NCBI GenBank assembly: GCA_903873705.1 | Contig: CAIQPK010000081.1 | Location: forward strand, 24,989-88,988 | Length of the DNA: 64,000 bases | Reading direction: 5' to 3' | Source of the DNA: an uncultured Acidobacteriota bacterium | Lineage (GTDB): Bacteria; Acidobacteriota; Terriglobia; Terriglobales; Acidobacteriaceae | In this document: positions 36,350-44,458 of the stretch, piece after piece | How positions within the stretch are numbered: position 1 is the stretch's first letter | Layout: every line of letters begins with the position of its first letter | Translations under genes and position numbers: made by a program | Notes under the pieces: generated by a model | Database searches by the model: none | Seen by the model: only the letters and a program-made list of their open reading frames with translations | Told to the model about the DNA's origin: nothing

Positions 36350-37474
36350 TTAGTTGAAGAGCGTCGAAACTGACGTCTCCATGTGGATGCTTTCGATGGC
36401 GCGGCCGATGAGGCCGGCGATGGAGAGCACCTTGATCTTTTCTACCTGCTTGGCTTCTTCGTTGAGCGGGATGGTGTTGGAAACGATGAACTGCTCGATG
36501 CGAGAATCGCGGATGCGCTGGATGGCGGGGCCGGAGAGCACGGCGTGCGAAGCGCAGGCATAAACCTTGAGGGCGCCCTGGTCGAGTAGCGCGTCGGCGG
36601 TCTTGACGATGGTTCCGGCGGTGTCGACGATGTCGTCGAGGATGAGGCAGGTGCGACCGCGGACGTCGCCGATGACGTTCATGACTTCGGTGACGTTCAT
36701 GTCGGTGCGGCGCTTGTCGACGATGGCGAGTGGGACTTCCATCTTCTTGGCGAAGAAGCGGGCGCGCTCTACGCCGCCTGCGTCCGGTGAAACGACGGTG
36801 AGGTTGGGCAGGTTGAGGTCGCGGAAGTAGCCGACGAGGACCGGGCTGGCGAAAAGATGGTCGACCGGGATGTTGAAGAAGCCCTGGATTTGGGCGGCGT
36901 GCAGGTCGATCAGGAGGGCTCGGTTGGCGCCGGCGGTGGTGAGCAAGTCGGCCACGAGCTTGGAGGTGATGGCGACGCGGGGGCGGTCCTTGCGGTCCTG
37001 CCGGGCGTAGCCGTAGTACGGGCTGACCACCGTGATTCGGCCGGCGGAGGCGCGCTTGAGCGCGTCCATCATGATGAGCAGTTCCATCACGTTGGCGTCG
37101 ACCGGGTGGCATGTGGGCTGGATGAGAAAGACATCCACACCACGCACATTTTCAAGGAGCTGGAAGTGTAGCTCGCCATCGCTGAAGCGTTGCAGCTTCA
37201 TTTCGCCGACGGGCACACCTAGAAACTTGCAGACCTCCTCGGTGAGCGGCCGGTTCGCCGATCCCGAGAAGATCTTGAAGCGCTTGTCTTCGCTGAGGCG
37301 CGAGGAGCGTTTTTTCTCGCTCGCTGCCTTGGCGCCCGGAGCAGAGGCGGCCGGCGTTGGCACACTGTCGGCGGCTTGCTTCGGTTGGCCCTGGCCACTG
37401 CCCTCTGAGGGCTGCGTGGTTTCGGGCGCTTGAGAATTCGGGGAAAGAACCGCAGTCGTGTCTTTTTGATTCAC
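36350..37474 (-). CDS. prs: ribose-phosphate pyrophosphokinase with an N-terminal extension of about 55 aa
   Basis: FKIFSGSANRPLTEEVCKFLGV..., YYGYARQDRK, PDAGGVERARFFAKK, LILDDIVDTAGT. Confidence 0.95.
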   Translation of the reverse strand: MNQKDTTAVLSPNSQAPETTQPSEGSGQGQPKQAADSVPTPAASAPGAKAASEKKRSSRLSEDKRFKIFSGSANRPLTEEVCKFLGVPVGEMKLQRFSDGELHFQLLENVRGVDVFLIQPTCHPVDANVMELLIMMDALKRASAGRITVVSPYYGYARQDRKDRPRVAITSKLVADLLTTAGANRALLIDLHAAQIQGFFNIPVDHLFASPVLVGYFRDLNLPNLTVVSPDAGGVERARFFAKKMEVPLAIVDKRRTDMNVTEVMNVIGDVRGRTCLILDDIVDTAGTIVKTADALLDQGALKVYACASHAVLSGPAIQRIRDSRIEQFIVSNTIPLNEEAKQVEKIKVLSIAGLIGRAIESIHMETSVSTLFN

Positions 37475-37797
37475 GGGTGAAACTCCTCCAGGCTGGTTGA
37501 CCTATTGAATGTCTCTGCTGCTTTGTCTTACTTCATGCACGACGGGAAGTTTTTTGATCTTCCCGGCTCGCGCCGTATTGCGTAGGACCCGGTTCTTTCT
37601 GAAACAGGCTGGGGAGGTGGTGTTCTACTCCCTCCGGCAGCTTTCACTAACTTCTACTCCTCCCGCATGTGGTGCGACTCTGCGGGCGTTGCAAGATCTT
37701 TGGCGGCACATTGTTGCCGCTAAAAAACGCGAAGTTCCCATATTTTCTTTCGTTCACGGGGCGCTGGATTTTGACCAGGCCTGGCGAGCGGCTAAGG

Positions 37798-37871
37798 TGG
37801 TTGGGCGACTAGGATTCGAACCTAGACAAACTGCGTCAAAGGCAGTTGACCTACCGTTAGTCGATCGCCCA
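37798..37871 (-). tRNA. tRNA-Gln (anticodon UUG), CCA encoded
   Basis: Folded by hand. Acceptor stem TGGGCGA/TCGCCCA; D arm GACT..GGTC; anticodon stem ACTGC/GCAGT with loop CTTTGAC; T arm CTAGG-TTCGAAT-CCTAG; discriminator A plus CCA. 74 nt. Confidence 0.88.
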
Positions 37872-37905
37872 GTACTTCCGGCGCGCTTCTTACGTTGCCG
37901 GGTAG

Positions 37906-38946
37906 CTACTCTGCGAACATGCCGTTCCAGTACTCCGGCCGAGGCAGGGTTTCCGTAAGGATAGCCTGCGTTCCGGTGGACTGGACGCGGTGTTGAGCAG
38001 CGATCGCGTCGGCTTTGGACTTATACAGACCAAACAACGCAGAACCCGAGCCTGACAGTGCAGCGTATAAGGCTGGACTATCCGAATCACTACCCATCAA
38101 TTGACGCTTAATGTCACGCAGGAAGGGATGCTGTGAAAACGCTACTTCTTCGAAGTCGTTTTCGATCCCGGTGCGGACAAGCGCGAGAAGGGTGTTCTCG
38201 GCGAGATCCCCTGGCAAGCAGGAGATACCGGAGGGGCCGGATTCTTTACCGGGGCCTGTAAAGACGGCGGCAAGAACGTGGCTCAACTGTTTTAGTTTAT
38301 CCACAGGTGGGCCGGAAGTCAATGTTTGAGTGGCGGCTATGCGGGTGTCGAGGTCTCGGAAGGCTTGTGGCGTGGAGACGCCGACCGAGGGGAGAGCGAT
38401 GACGCAGGGAGTGGCGGGGAGGTCGGGCAGCTCGGAGACAATTTCGCCGCGGCCGGTGCCGAGGACGGTGCCGCCGATGAGGAAGAGGGGGACGTCGGAG
38501 CCGATCTGGGCGGCAAAACTTTCGCGATAGTTTGGCGGGAAGTCGAGTCCAGTCTCTTTTTCGAAGGCAATCATGGCAGCGGCAGCGTTGGCTGAGCCGG
38601 CGCCCATGCCGCCTTGCACGGGGAGGCGCTTGTCGATGTCGATGTGCACCTCCGCCGCGTAGCCGAGGATCTCCAGCCAGTCTGAAACGATGCGGTAGGC
38701 GGTGTTCTTTTCGGCGTCGCCGGTGGCGGTTTGGGGGACGCCGGGGAGGAGGACGCCGTCGCGGCGGCAGTCGAGGGTGATGCGGTTGGGTTCGGTCACT
38801 GGAAGGATGCGCGCCGTGACGGTGACGAAGTCGTGGAGTGCGAGCGTCTGGTAGACGGTGGCGAGGGGGTGGAAGCCGTCTGGGCGGGTGGGGCCCACGG
38901 CGAGTCCGAGATTGATTTTGGAGTATGAACGGACGCTGGTCGGCAT
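37906..38946 (-). CDS. ispE: 4-(cytidine 5'-diphospho)-2-C-methyl-D-erythritol kinase
   Basis: Track ORF trimmed to ATG 38946: MPTSVRSYSKINLGLAVGPTRPDGFHPLATVYQTLALHD. GHMP motif PVQGGMGAGSANAAA. Confidence 0.9.
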   Translation of the reverse strand: MPTSVRSYSKINLGLAVGPTRPDGFHPLATVYQTLALHDFVTVTARILPVTEPNRITLDCRRDGVLLPGVPQTATGDAEKNTAYRIVSDWLEILGYAAEVHIDIDKRLPVQGGMGAGSANAAAAMIAFEKETGLDFPPNYRESFAAQIGSDVPLFLIGGTVLGTGRGEIVSELPDLPATPCVIALPSVGVSTPQAFRDLDTRIAATQTLTSGPPVDKLKQLSHVLAAVFTGPGKESGPSGISCLPGDLAENTLLALVRTGIENDFEEVAFSQHPFLRDIKRQLMGSDSDSPALYAALSGSGSALFGLYKSKADAIAAQHRVQSTGTQAILTETLPRPEYWNGMFAE

Positions 38947-39012
38947 ACGGAATTGATTGTAGTGGGGCACGAAGAAACGATATAGACTGAACTAAGTCGA
39001 CTTAGTCTGAAG

Positions 39013-39255
39013 GTGAATATGCTCAAGGTAAATATGCATGAGGCGAAGACCAACCTTTCTAAGCTGGTAGAGAAGGCGGCTAAGGGTGAATCGTTTTTGA
39101 TCGCTCGCCGAGGGAAGCCGCTGGTGAAGGTGGTTCCGCTTCGGGCGGAGGATACTGCGGTGCGGGGGATTGGGTTTATGCAGGGCGAGATGACGGTGCC
39201 GGATGATTTCAAGGCGTTTGGGCGCGATGAGATTGAGGCGATGTTCGGGAAATGA
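39013..39255 (+). CDS. type II antitoxin, Phd/YefM family
   Basis: 80 aa. MNMLKVNMHEAKTNLSKLVEKAAKGESFLIARRGKPLVKVVPL. 4-nt overlap with the downstream PIN gene. Confidence 0.85.
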   Translation: MNMLKVNMHEAKTNLSKLVEKAAKGESFLIARRGKPLVKVVPLRAEDTAVRGIGFMQGEMTVPDDFKAFGRDEIEAMFGK

Positions 39256-39638
39256 CTCTTCTGCTGGACTCGCATTTATTGATCTGGATTGGGCAGGCGG
39301 ATGAGCGCCTGACGGACGAAGTCGTGGCGCTGGTGCAGAACGAGGCGAACACGGTGCTGTTCAGTGCGGTGAGTCTTTGGGAGATCACGATCAAGGCCGG
39401 ATTGGGGAAGGCTGAGTTTCGGGTTGATCCGAAGATTTTGCGGCGCAGACTGCTGGCGAATGGTTATGCGGAGCTAGCGTTTACGAGCGAGCATGCGGTG
39501 GCGGTGCAGGAGCTGCCGGCGATCCATAGCGATCCGTTCGACCGGGCGCTGGTGGCGCAGGCGCTGGTGGAAGGGATGACGTTGTTGACGGCGGATGCAG
39601 TGGTGGCGCGGTATCCGGGGTTGGTGAGGAAGGTTTAG
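39252..39638 (+). CDS. vapC: type II toxin, PIN-domain ribonuclease VapC
   Basis: 128 aa. LLLDSHLLIW..., SAVSLWEITIK, HSDPFDRALVAQA, LLTADAVV. Confidence 0.88.
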   Translation: MTLLLDSHLLIWIGQADERLTDEVVALVQNEANTVLFSAVSLWEITIKAGLGKAEFRVDPKILRRRLLANGYAELAFTSEHAVAVQELPAIHSDPFDRALVAQALVEGMTLLTADAVVARYPGLVRKV

Positions 39639-39653
39639 CGGTGACGCACGAGG

Positions 39654-39686
39654 CCCATGTCCGAGAATCCGGACATGGGGCACCCA
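39654..39686 (+). repeat. REP-like hairpin CCCATGTCCG-AGAATC-CGGACATGGG plus GCACCCA tail
   Basis: 10-bp perfect stem, sitting between the vapC stop and the stop of the TonB-C gene. A second copy lies at 43446-43477. Confidence 0.85.
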
Positions 39687-39688
39687 CA

Positions 39689-40093
39689 TTATTCGAAGTT
39701 GACGTCCATGTAGAGGTCGACCTTGACGGGCTTGCCTTTTAGCGTGGCGGGTTTGAATTTGTATTGCCTCACCGCGTCGAGGACGGCTGCGTTGATGACG
39801 CCGCCGGGGCCGTGAACAATTTTGATATGTGTCGGCGTGCCATCGGTTTCTATCCAGAGATAAACCTGCACGTTACCGTGAAAATCCTTGCCCTTGTTGC
39901 TGACCACTTGTGGTTCTACAGAGTAGGTCACTTGAGGGGCCTTAACTTCCCGGTTGCCTTTGATCGGCTGGGCTTCCGGCTGTGATCGTGATGTGATCCC
40001 GCCGGGCTCCTGGGTCGCGGGGGCCTGTGCCATCGCCACTGTGGGGAAAATCGAGAAGACTACGATGGCGGCTATGCGGAGATGACGCGTCAT
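39689..40093 (-). CDS. secreted TonB C-terminal-domain protein (short, 134 aa)
   Basis: Track ORF trimmed to ATG 40093 (MTRHLRIAAIVVFSIFPTVAMAQA). The C-terminus GNVQVYLWIETDGTPTHIKIVHGPGGVINAAVLDAVRQYKFKPATLKGKPVKVDLYMDVNFE is the TonB_C fold pattern. Confidence 0.8.
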   Translation of the reverse strand: MTRHLRIAAIVVFSIFPTVAMAQAPATQEPGGITSRSQPEAQPIKGNREVKAPQVTYSVEPQVVSNKGKDFHGNVQVYLWIETDGTPTHIKIVHGPGGVINAAVLDAVRQYKFKPATLKGKPVKVDLYMDVNFE

Positions 40094-40113
40094 GTTGATC
40101 TCTTGGTCTGTAA

Positions 40114-40764
40114 CTAGCTGGGGTTGCGGGCGAGGATGCAGCCGACGAGGAAGCCTGTGATGATGCCGCCGATGTGGCCGGAGAGGTCGATTTCGGGGTT
40201 GGAGAAGCCGTATACGAGGTTGATGCCGATGAAGATGAGCGAGCTCTTGACGAGTTGCTGGGCGCCCTGTTTGGAGAAGACGCTGCGGCGGACGGCGACA
40301 AAGGCGAGCAGCCCTCCGTAGACGCCGAAGATGGCTCCTGAGGCGCCGGCGGAGACAATGTCGGGGTGGATGATGAGCGAGAGGAGGCTGCCGCCGAGGC
40401 CGGCGAGGATGTAGAGGGCGAGATATTTGGCGCGGCCGTAGAGCAGTTCGGTGAACGGGCCTACCTGGTAGAAGACGTACATGTTGAGCGCGATGTGGAT
40501 GATGCCGAAGTGCAGGAAGCAGGCGGTGAGGAGTCGCCACCACTGGCCGTGCATGGTGGCGGGGCCGTAGTTGGCGCCCCAGGCGAAGACCTGCTCAGCG
40601 GTGGGGTTGGTGAGGGAGATGCCGGAGAGGACCATCGCGACGAAGACGAGGGCGTTGAGGGCGATGAGGGTGTAGGTGACTACCGGCGTGGGGCGGGCGC
40701 GGGCTGCCGGCTGGGGTGGTGGCGGCTGGTGGGCGTAGTCGGCGCGGGAGTTTTGATCAAACAT
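40114..40764 (-). CDS. rhomboid-family intramembrane serine protease
   Basis: Track ORF trimmed to ATG 40764. HFGIIHIALNMY (H..xN) and GASGAIFGVYGG (GxSG) motifs. 6 TM helices. Confidence 0.88.
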   Translation of the reverse strand: MFDQNSRADYAHQPPPPQPAARARPTPVVTYTLIALNALVFVAMVLSGISLTNPTAEQVFAWGANYGPATMHGQWWRLLTACFLHFGIIHIALNMYVFYQVGPFTELLYGRAKYLALYILAGLGGSLLSLIIHPDIVSAGASGAIFGVYGGLLAFVAVRRSVFSKQGAQQLVKSSLIFIGINLVYGFSNPEIDLSGHIGGIITGFLVGCILARNPS

Positions 40765-40775
40765 GTGTGGCGAGT

Positions 40776-40910
40776 TTATTTGAATTGGACGCTGAGGGTG
40801 AGGTCTACCTCGACGGGCATGCCATTTTTCGTGGCGGGCTGGAATTTGTACTTGTTGATGGCGTCGAGGACGACGGTGTCGACTGCGCCGCCGGGGCCGT
40901 TGGTTTTGCG
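40776..40910 (-). pseudogene. remnant of a TonB C-terminal domain gene (last ~42 codons only)
   Basis: My translation is RKTNGPGGAVDTVVLDAINKYKFQPATKNGMPVEVDLTLSVQFK*. This is homologous to the C-termini of 39689..40093 and 43509..44453. Upstream, the frame runs straight into period-6 repeat sequence (AVAFAFA), with no N-terminal part and no plausible start. Confidence 0.6.
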
Positions 40911-40924
40911 GTGGCGAAGACACG

Positions 40925-41202
40925 GGCAAAGGCAAAAGCAACGGCGTTGACGCGGAGTTCGCGAAGTTTAAGTGCGAAGTTTCGCGAAGTAGAACAGGAG
41001 ACGGCAGGGGCTAATGCGGGGGGCTCGCGACTTCGGTCGAGATGACGGTTGCGGGGGTTGGGGAGAGGAACGGCAACGACGGGAGAAAGCAGGTTCCTCG
41101 CTTGCGCGCGGAATGACAGCCAGAAAGGCAAAGGCAAAGGCAAGTGCAAGTGCAAGTGCAAGTACAGAAGCAGATTCCTCCACTTCGTTGCGGAATGACA
41201 AT
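40925..41202 (+). repeat. composite intergenic repeat (period-6 GCAAAG/GCAAGT runs plus module D hairpin)
   Basis: GGCAAAGGCAAAAGCAACGGCG at 40925. GGCAAAGGCAAAGGCAAGTGCAAGTGCAAGTGCAAGTACAGAAGCAG at 41126. GAAGCAGATTCCTCCACTTCGTTGCGGAATGACAAT at 41167-41202, compare 54553-54587. Confidence 0.85.
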
Positions 41203-41203
41203 G

Positions 41204-41288
41204 TTTGAGAGCAGGGTCGGTCGATAGGTTTGAGAGCAGGGTCGGTCGATAGGTTCAAGAGCAGGGTCAGTCGATAGGTTCGAGAGGA
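41204..41288 (+). repeat. 25-nt tandem repeat x about 3.4 (TTTGAGAGCAGGGTCGGTCGATAGG)
   Basis: Copies start at 41204, 41229, 41254 and 41279 with point differences. The repeat ends 4 nt before the stop of the peptidase gene. Confidence 0.9.
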
Positions 41289-41292
41289 AGGC

Positions 41293-43380
41293 TTAGTCCA
41301 TCAGCTTGCGGGTGAGGTAGACGTAGGTTTCGGCCCAGGTGTGGGATTCTTCTTTCAGGTCGGCGCCGGCGCCGTGGCCGCCTTCGATGACTTCGTCGTA
41401 GAGGAAGGGGAGGTGGAACTCTTCCATCTTTGCGGCGAATTTGCGGGCGTGCTGAGGGCCCACGCGGTCGTCCTTGGTGGTGGTGAAGATGAGGGGCTCG
41501 GGGTACTTGACGTTGGGCTTGAGCTGCTCGTACGGGGAGATGGAGGCGAGGAAGGAGCGTTCGGCGGGAACGGAGGCGGAGCCGTACTCTCCGACCCAGC
41601 TGGCTCCGGCGGCGATGTGTTCGTAGCCGAGCATGTCGAGCAGAGGGACCTGAATGACGATGGCGTTCCAGTGGTCGGGGTGCTGGGTCATCTGGACGCC
41701 CATGAGCAGGCCGCCGTTGGAGCCGCCCATGATCCCGAGGCGGCGGGGTGAGGTGATTTTGCGGGCGATGAGGTCCTGGGCGACGGAGGCGAAGTCGTCG
41801 TAGATGCGCTGGCGCTGAGTCTTGAGGCCAGCCTCGTGCCAGGCGGGGCCGAACTCGCCGCCGCCGCGGATGTTGGCGAGCACGAAGACGCCACCGTGCT
41901 CGAGCCAGAGCTTGCCGATGTTGCCGGAGTAGCTGGGGGTCATGGAGAGCTCGAATCCGCCGTAGGCGTTGAGCAGGGTGGGGTTGGTGCTGTCGTACTT
42001 GATGTCTTTGGCGTGGACGATGAAGTAGGGGATTCTGGTGCCGTCTCTGGAGGTGGCTTCGAGCTGCTCGACGGTGTCTTTGGCGGCGTCAAATAGCGCG
42101 GGCTGAGAGCGGGCGAGGGTGAGCGAGGCGGTGGCGGCGTCGCCGGACCAGAGGGAGCTGGGGGTGAGGAAGCCCGTGATGCCGAGGTAGAAAGCGTCGT
42201 CGGTATTGCTGGTGGAGATGATGCTGACCGAGACGTTGGCGGGGACGGGGAGCGGCTTGCGGCTCCAACCGGTGGCTGTGGGGGTGTAGACGTAGGCGCG
42301 GCCCTGGACGTGGTTGAGCGCGGTGAGGATGAGGTGCCCGCGGGTGGGGTCGGCGTTCTCGTAGAACTCCTGCTGGGTGGGTTCGAAGACGATGGAAGGC
42401 TTGAGGTGGGTGGGATCGGCGAGAAGGTCAGTGAGTTTGACCTCAAGGAGAGAGCCGGCGATCCAGGGTGTTTTGCGGTTGGGGGTGGTCCACTGCTCCT
42501 GGATGGAGAAGAGGACGCGGCCGTCGATCATGCCGATGGGCTGGACTTTTTCCGGGAGGGCGAGACGCTGGAGACCTTGCGCGGTGGCGACGAAGAGCTG
42601 GCGCTCGAAGGTGGTGACGGTGCGGTCGAAGAGGGTGAGGGCGTGGCCCTGGGGATCGTGGAGGGTGAAGGCGCCGGCCTGGATGTCGGATTCCTGGCCG
42701 CGGAAGAGTTCGGTGGCCTGGTCGAGCGGCGTGCCCCGCTTCCAGCGCTTGGTGACGAAGGGATAGCCGGACCTGGTGAGGGTGCCGGCGCCCCAGTCGC
42801 GGGTGACGAGAAGGGTGTCCTTGTCGATCCAGGTGATGCCCTGCTTGCTGTGCGGGGAGGTGAAGCCGCCGGGAATGAAGTGTCCGGTGCGGAGGTCGAA
42901 CTCGCGGAGGGTGATGGCGTCTTCGCCTCCGGCGGAGAAGGCGACGAGGCAGAGGCTGTCGCCGGGGTAGAGGCAGCTGAGGCCCTTGCTGACCCAGGAG
43001 ACTTTTTCCTGTTGGCCGAGCGCGTCGAAGTCGATGACGGTCTGCCAGCGGGGGGTGGGGTTCTGGTAGTCGGCGCGGGTGGTTTTGCGGAGCAGGCCGT
43101 GGGTGTGCTGGGCGTCGCGCCAGAGGTTGTATACGTCGGCTCCGCGGAGGGTGGGGACGGGGAGACGGTTGGGGTCTTCGGCGATCTTGAGGGCGTCGGC
43201 CTGGTAGGCGGCGAAGCGGGGATCGGCTTCGAGGATGGCGGCGGAGCGGGCGTTCTCGGCCTTGACCCAGGTCATGGCACGGTCGCTGGAGACGTCTTCG
43301 AGCCAGGTGTACTTGTCGGGCTGCTGGGCGGCGAGGGGGAGAGCGAGGAGGAGTGCGGCGAAGGCCAGAGGGAGACGCAT
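41293..43380 (-). CDS. prolyl oligopeptidase-family serine peptidase (S9A)
   Basis: 695 aa with a signal peptide. N-terminal beta-propeller region. Catalytic block LGIMGGSNGGLLMG; later DDRVGPQHARKF and GGHG. Confidence 0.92.
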   Translation of the reverse strand: MRLPLAFAALLLALPLAAQQPDKYTWLEDVSSDRAMTWVKAENARSAAILEADPRFAAYQADALKIAEDPNRLPVPTLRGADVYNLWRDAQHTHGLLRKTTRADYQNPTPRWQTVIDFDALGQQEKVSWVSKGLSCLYPGDSLCLVAFSAGGEDAITLREFDLRTGHFIPGGFTSPHSKQGITWIDKDTLLVTRDWGAGTLTRSGYPFVTKRWKRGTPLDQATELFRGQESDIQAGAFTLHDPQGHALTLFDRTVTTFERQLFVATAQGLQRLALPEKVQPIGMIDGRVLFSIQEQWTTPNRKTPWIAGSLLEVKLTDLLADPTHLKPSIVFEPTQQEFYENADPTRGHLILTALNHVQGRAYVYTPTATGWSRKPLPVPANVSVSIISTSNTDDAFYLGITGFLTPSSLWSGDAATASLTLARSQPALFDAAKDTVEQLEATSRDGTRIPYFIVHAKDIKYDSTNPTLLNAYGGFELSMTPSYSGNIGKLWLEHGGVFVLANIRGGGEFGPAWHEAGLKTQRQRIYDDFASVAQDLIARKITSPRRLGIMGGSNGGLLMGVQMTQHPDHWNAIVIQVPLLDMLGYEHIAAGASWVGEYGSASVPAERSFLASISPYEQLKPNVKYPEPLIFTTTKDDRVGPQHARKFAAKMEEFHLPFLYDEVIEGGHGAGADLKEESHTWAETYVYLTRKLMD

Positions 43381-43445
43381 AGCGCTACTTTACGCGCGTG
43401 GCGGGCGCGATGGGGCGGGGGTGGGGATGATCGGCGGCGGTGGAA

Positions 43446-43477
43446 CCCATGTCCGAGAAGCCGGACATGGGCACCCA
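43446..43477 (+). repeat. REP-like hairpin, second copy (CCCATGTCCG-AGAAGC-CGGACATGGG plus CACCCA)
   Basis: Same 10-bp stem as 39654-39686. It again lies just 3' of a TonB-C gene stop. Confidence 0.85.
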
Positions 43478-43508
43478 AACCTTCTGGTGTCGATTTCCGA
43501 TGTGAGGG

Positions 43509-44453
43509 TTAGAAGATCTGGAAGTTGACGTTGATGTAGAGGTCAACTTTGACGGGCTTGCCGTTGAGGGTGGCGGGTTTGAATTTGTATTGACGGACAG
43601 CGGCTATGGCTTTTTCGTCGAGGCCCATGCCGATGCCGCGGGCTACGCGGACGTGGGAGGGGTTGCCGTGCTCGTCTACCCAGAGGTAGATCTGGACGTC
43701 TCCGGAGAACTTGGCTTTGCGGGCTTCTTCGGAGAACTCGGGTTCTACGGAAGAGAGCACTGAGGGCGGGTGGACGCCGCCGCCGAGGTGCATGGGTCCA
43801 CCGCCGAAGTTGCCGCCTGAGCCGGCGTCCATGCCGTTGCCGTCTCCGCTGCCCAGTCCTGAATCGCTGCCGGTGCCGAGGGAGAAGCTCTTGAGGTTGG
43901 AGGTGGGTAAGCCGAGGTCGGGGAGCTTGTTGTCGGCCATTTTGAGGTCGGGCTGAACGACGACGGCGGGCTCGATGGCGAGGCGGGGTTGGTCAACGGG
44001 CGGGGCGGGCGGAGCGAGCAGCTGCTGCGCGAACTCCGGGAGGTGGCCAGCGGATACGGGTGCAGAGCTGTGCTGGCCTCCGCCTCCACCGAGTTTTTCT
44101 GCGCGGGGAGCGATGGGTGGGGGGGGCGCGAGGATGCTGAGTTCCAAGCGTGCATCGCGGTGGGAGCTGAGGGCCTGGGTGCGATACGCAGCGAGACTCA
44201 AGACGAAGGCGAGGACGGCAGCGTGGGCCAGGAGTGCGGTCCAGACGGAGGTGGTGCTGCGGCTGGTGTTGACGCGGTCGGAGGTGGTGAAGAGGCGGGT
44301 GGGTTGGAGCTCGGCGCTTTGCGGTGTTGAGCGCAGGGAGGCGTTGGCGAGGTGGGCGAGGAGGCGCTGCTCCATACCCGCGGGCGGAGCGGCAGCGCGG
44401 GTGCGGAGGGTGTGGTCGAGGAGTTGGTCGAAGTGGTCCATTGTGGTGGTCAT
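43509..44453 (-). CDS. membrane-anchored TonB C-terminal-domain protein, probable partner (anti-sigma-like) of the adjacent ECF sigma
   Basis: Track ORF trimmed to ATG 44453 (MTTTMDHFDQLLDHTL...). One TM (VWTALLAHAAVLAFVLSLAAY), a Pro-rich linker, then TonB_C ...GDVQIYLWVDEHGNPSHVRVARGIGMGLDEKAIAAVRQYKFKPATLNGKPVKVDLYINVNFQIF. It starts 5 nt after the sigma gene stop. Confidence 0.75.
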   Translation of the reverse strand: MTTTMDHFDQLLDHTLRTRAAAPPAGMEQRLLAHLANASLRSTPQSAELQPTRLFTTSDRVNTSRSTTSVWTALLAHAAVLAFVLSLAAYRTQALSSHRDARLELSILAPPPPIAPRAEKLGGGGGQHSSAPVSAGHLPEFAQQLLAPPAPPVDQPRLAIEPAVVVQPDLKMADNKLPDLGLPTSNLKSFSLGTGSDSGLGSGDGNGMDAGSGGNFGGGPMHLGGGVHPPSVLSSVEPEFSEEARKAKFSGDVQIYLWVDEHGNPSHVRVARGIGMGLDEKAIAAVRQYKFKPATLNGKPVKVDLYINVNFQIF

Positions 44454-44458
44454 GGGTG

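Noticed and set aside
37475-37797. Possible riboswitch, leader or ncRNA in the 322-bp spacer between tRNA-Gln and prs.
   Set aside because: I saw only short 6-bp hairpins, such as GGGAAG...CTTCCC and GCGGCA...TGCCGC, and the shared 15-mer CAAGATCTTTGGCGG (also at 32534). I recognised no known RNA family and cannot run a covariance search, so it is left unannotated.
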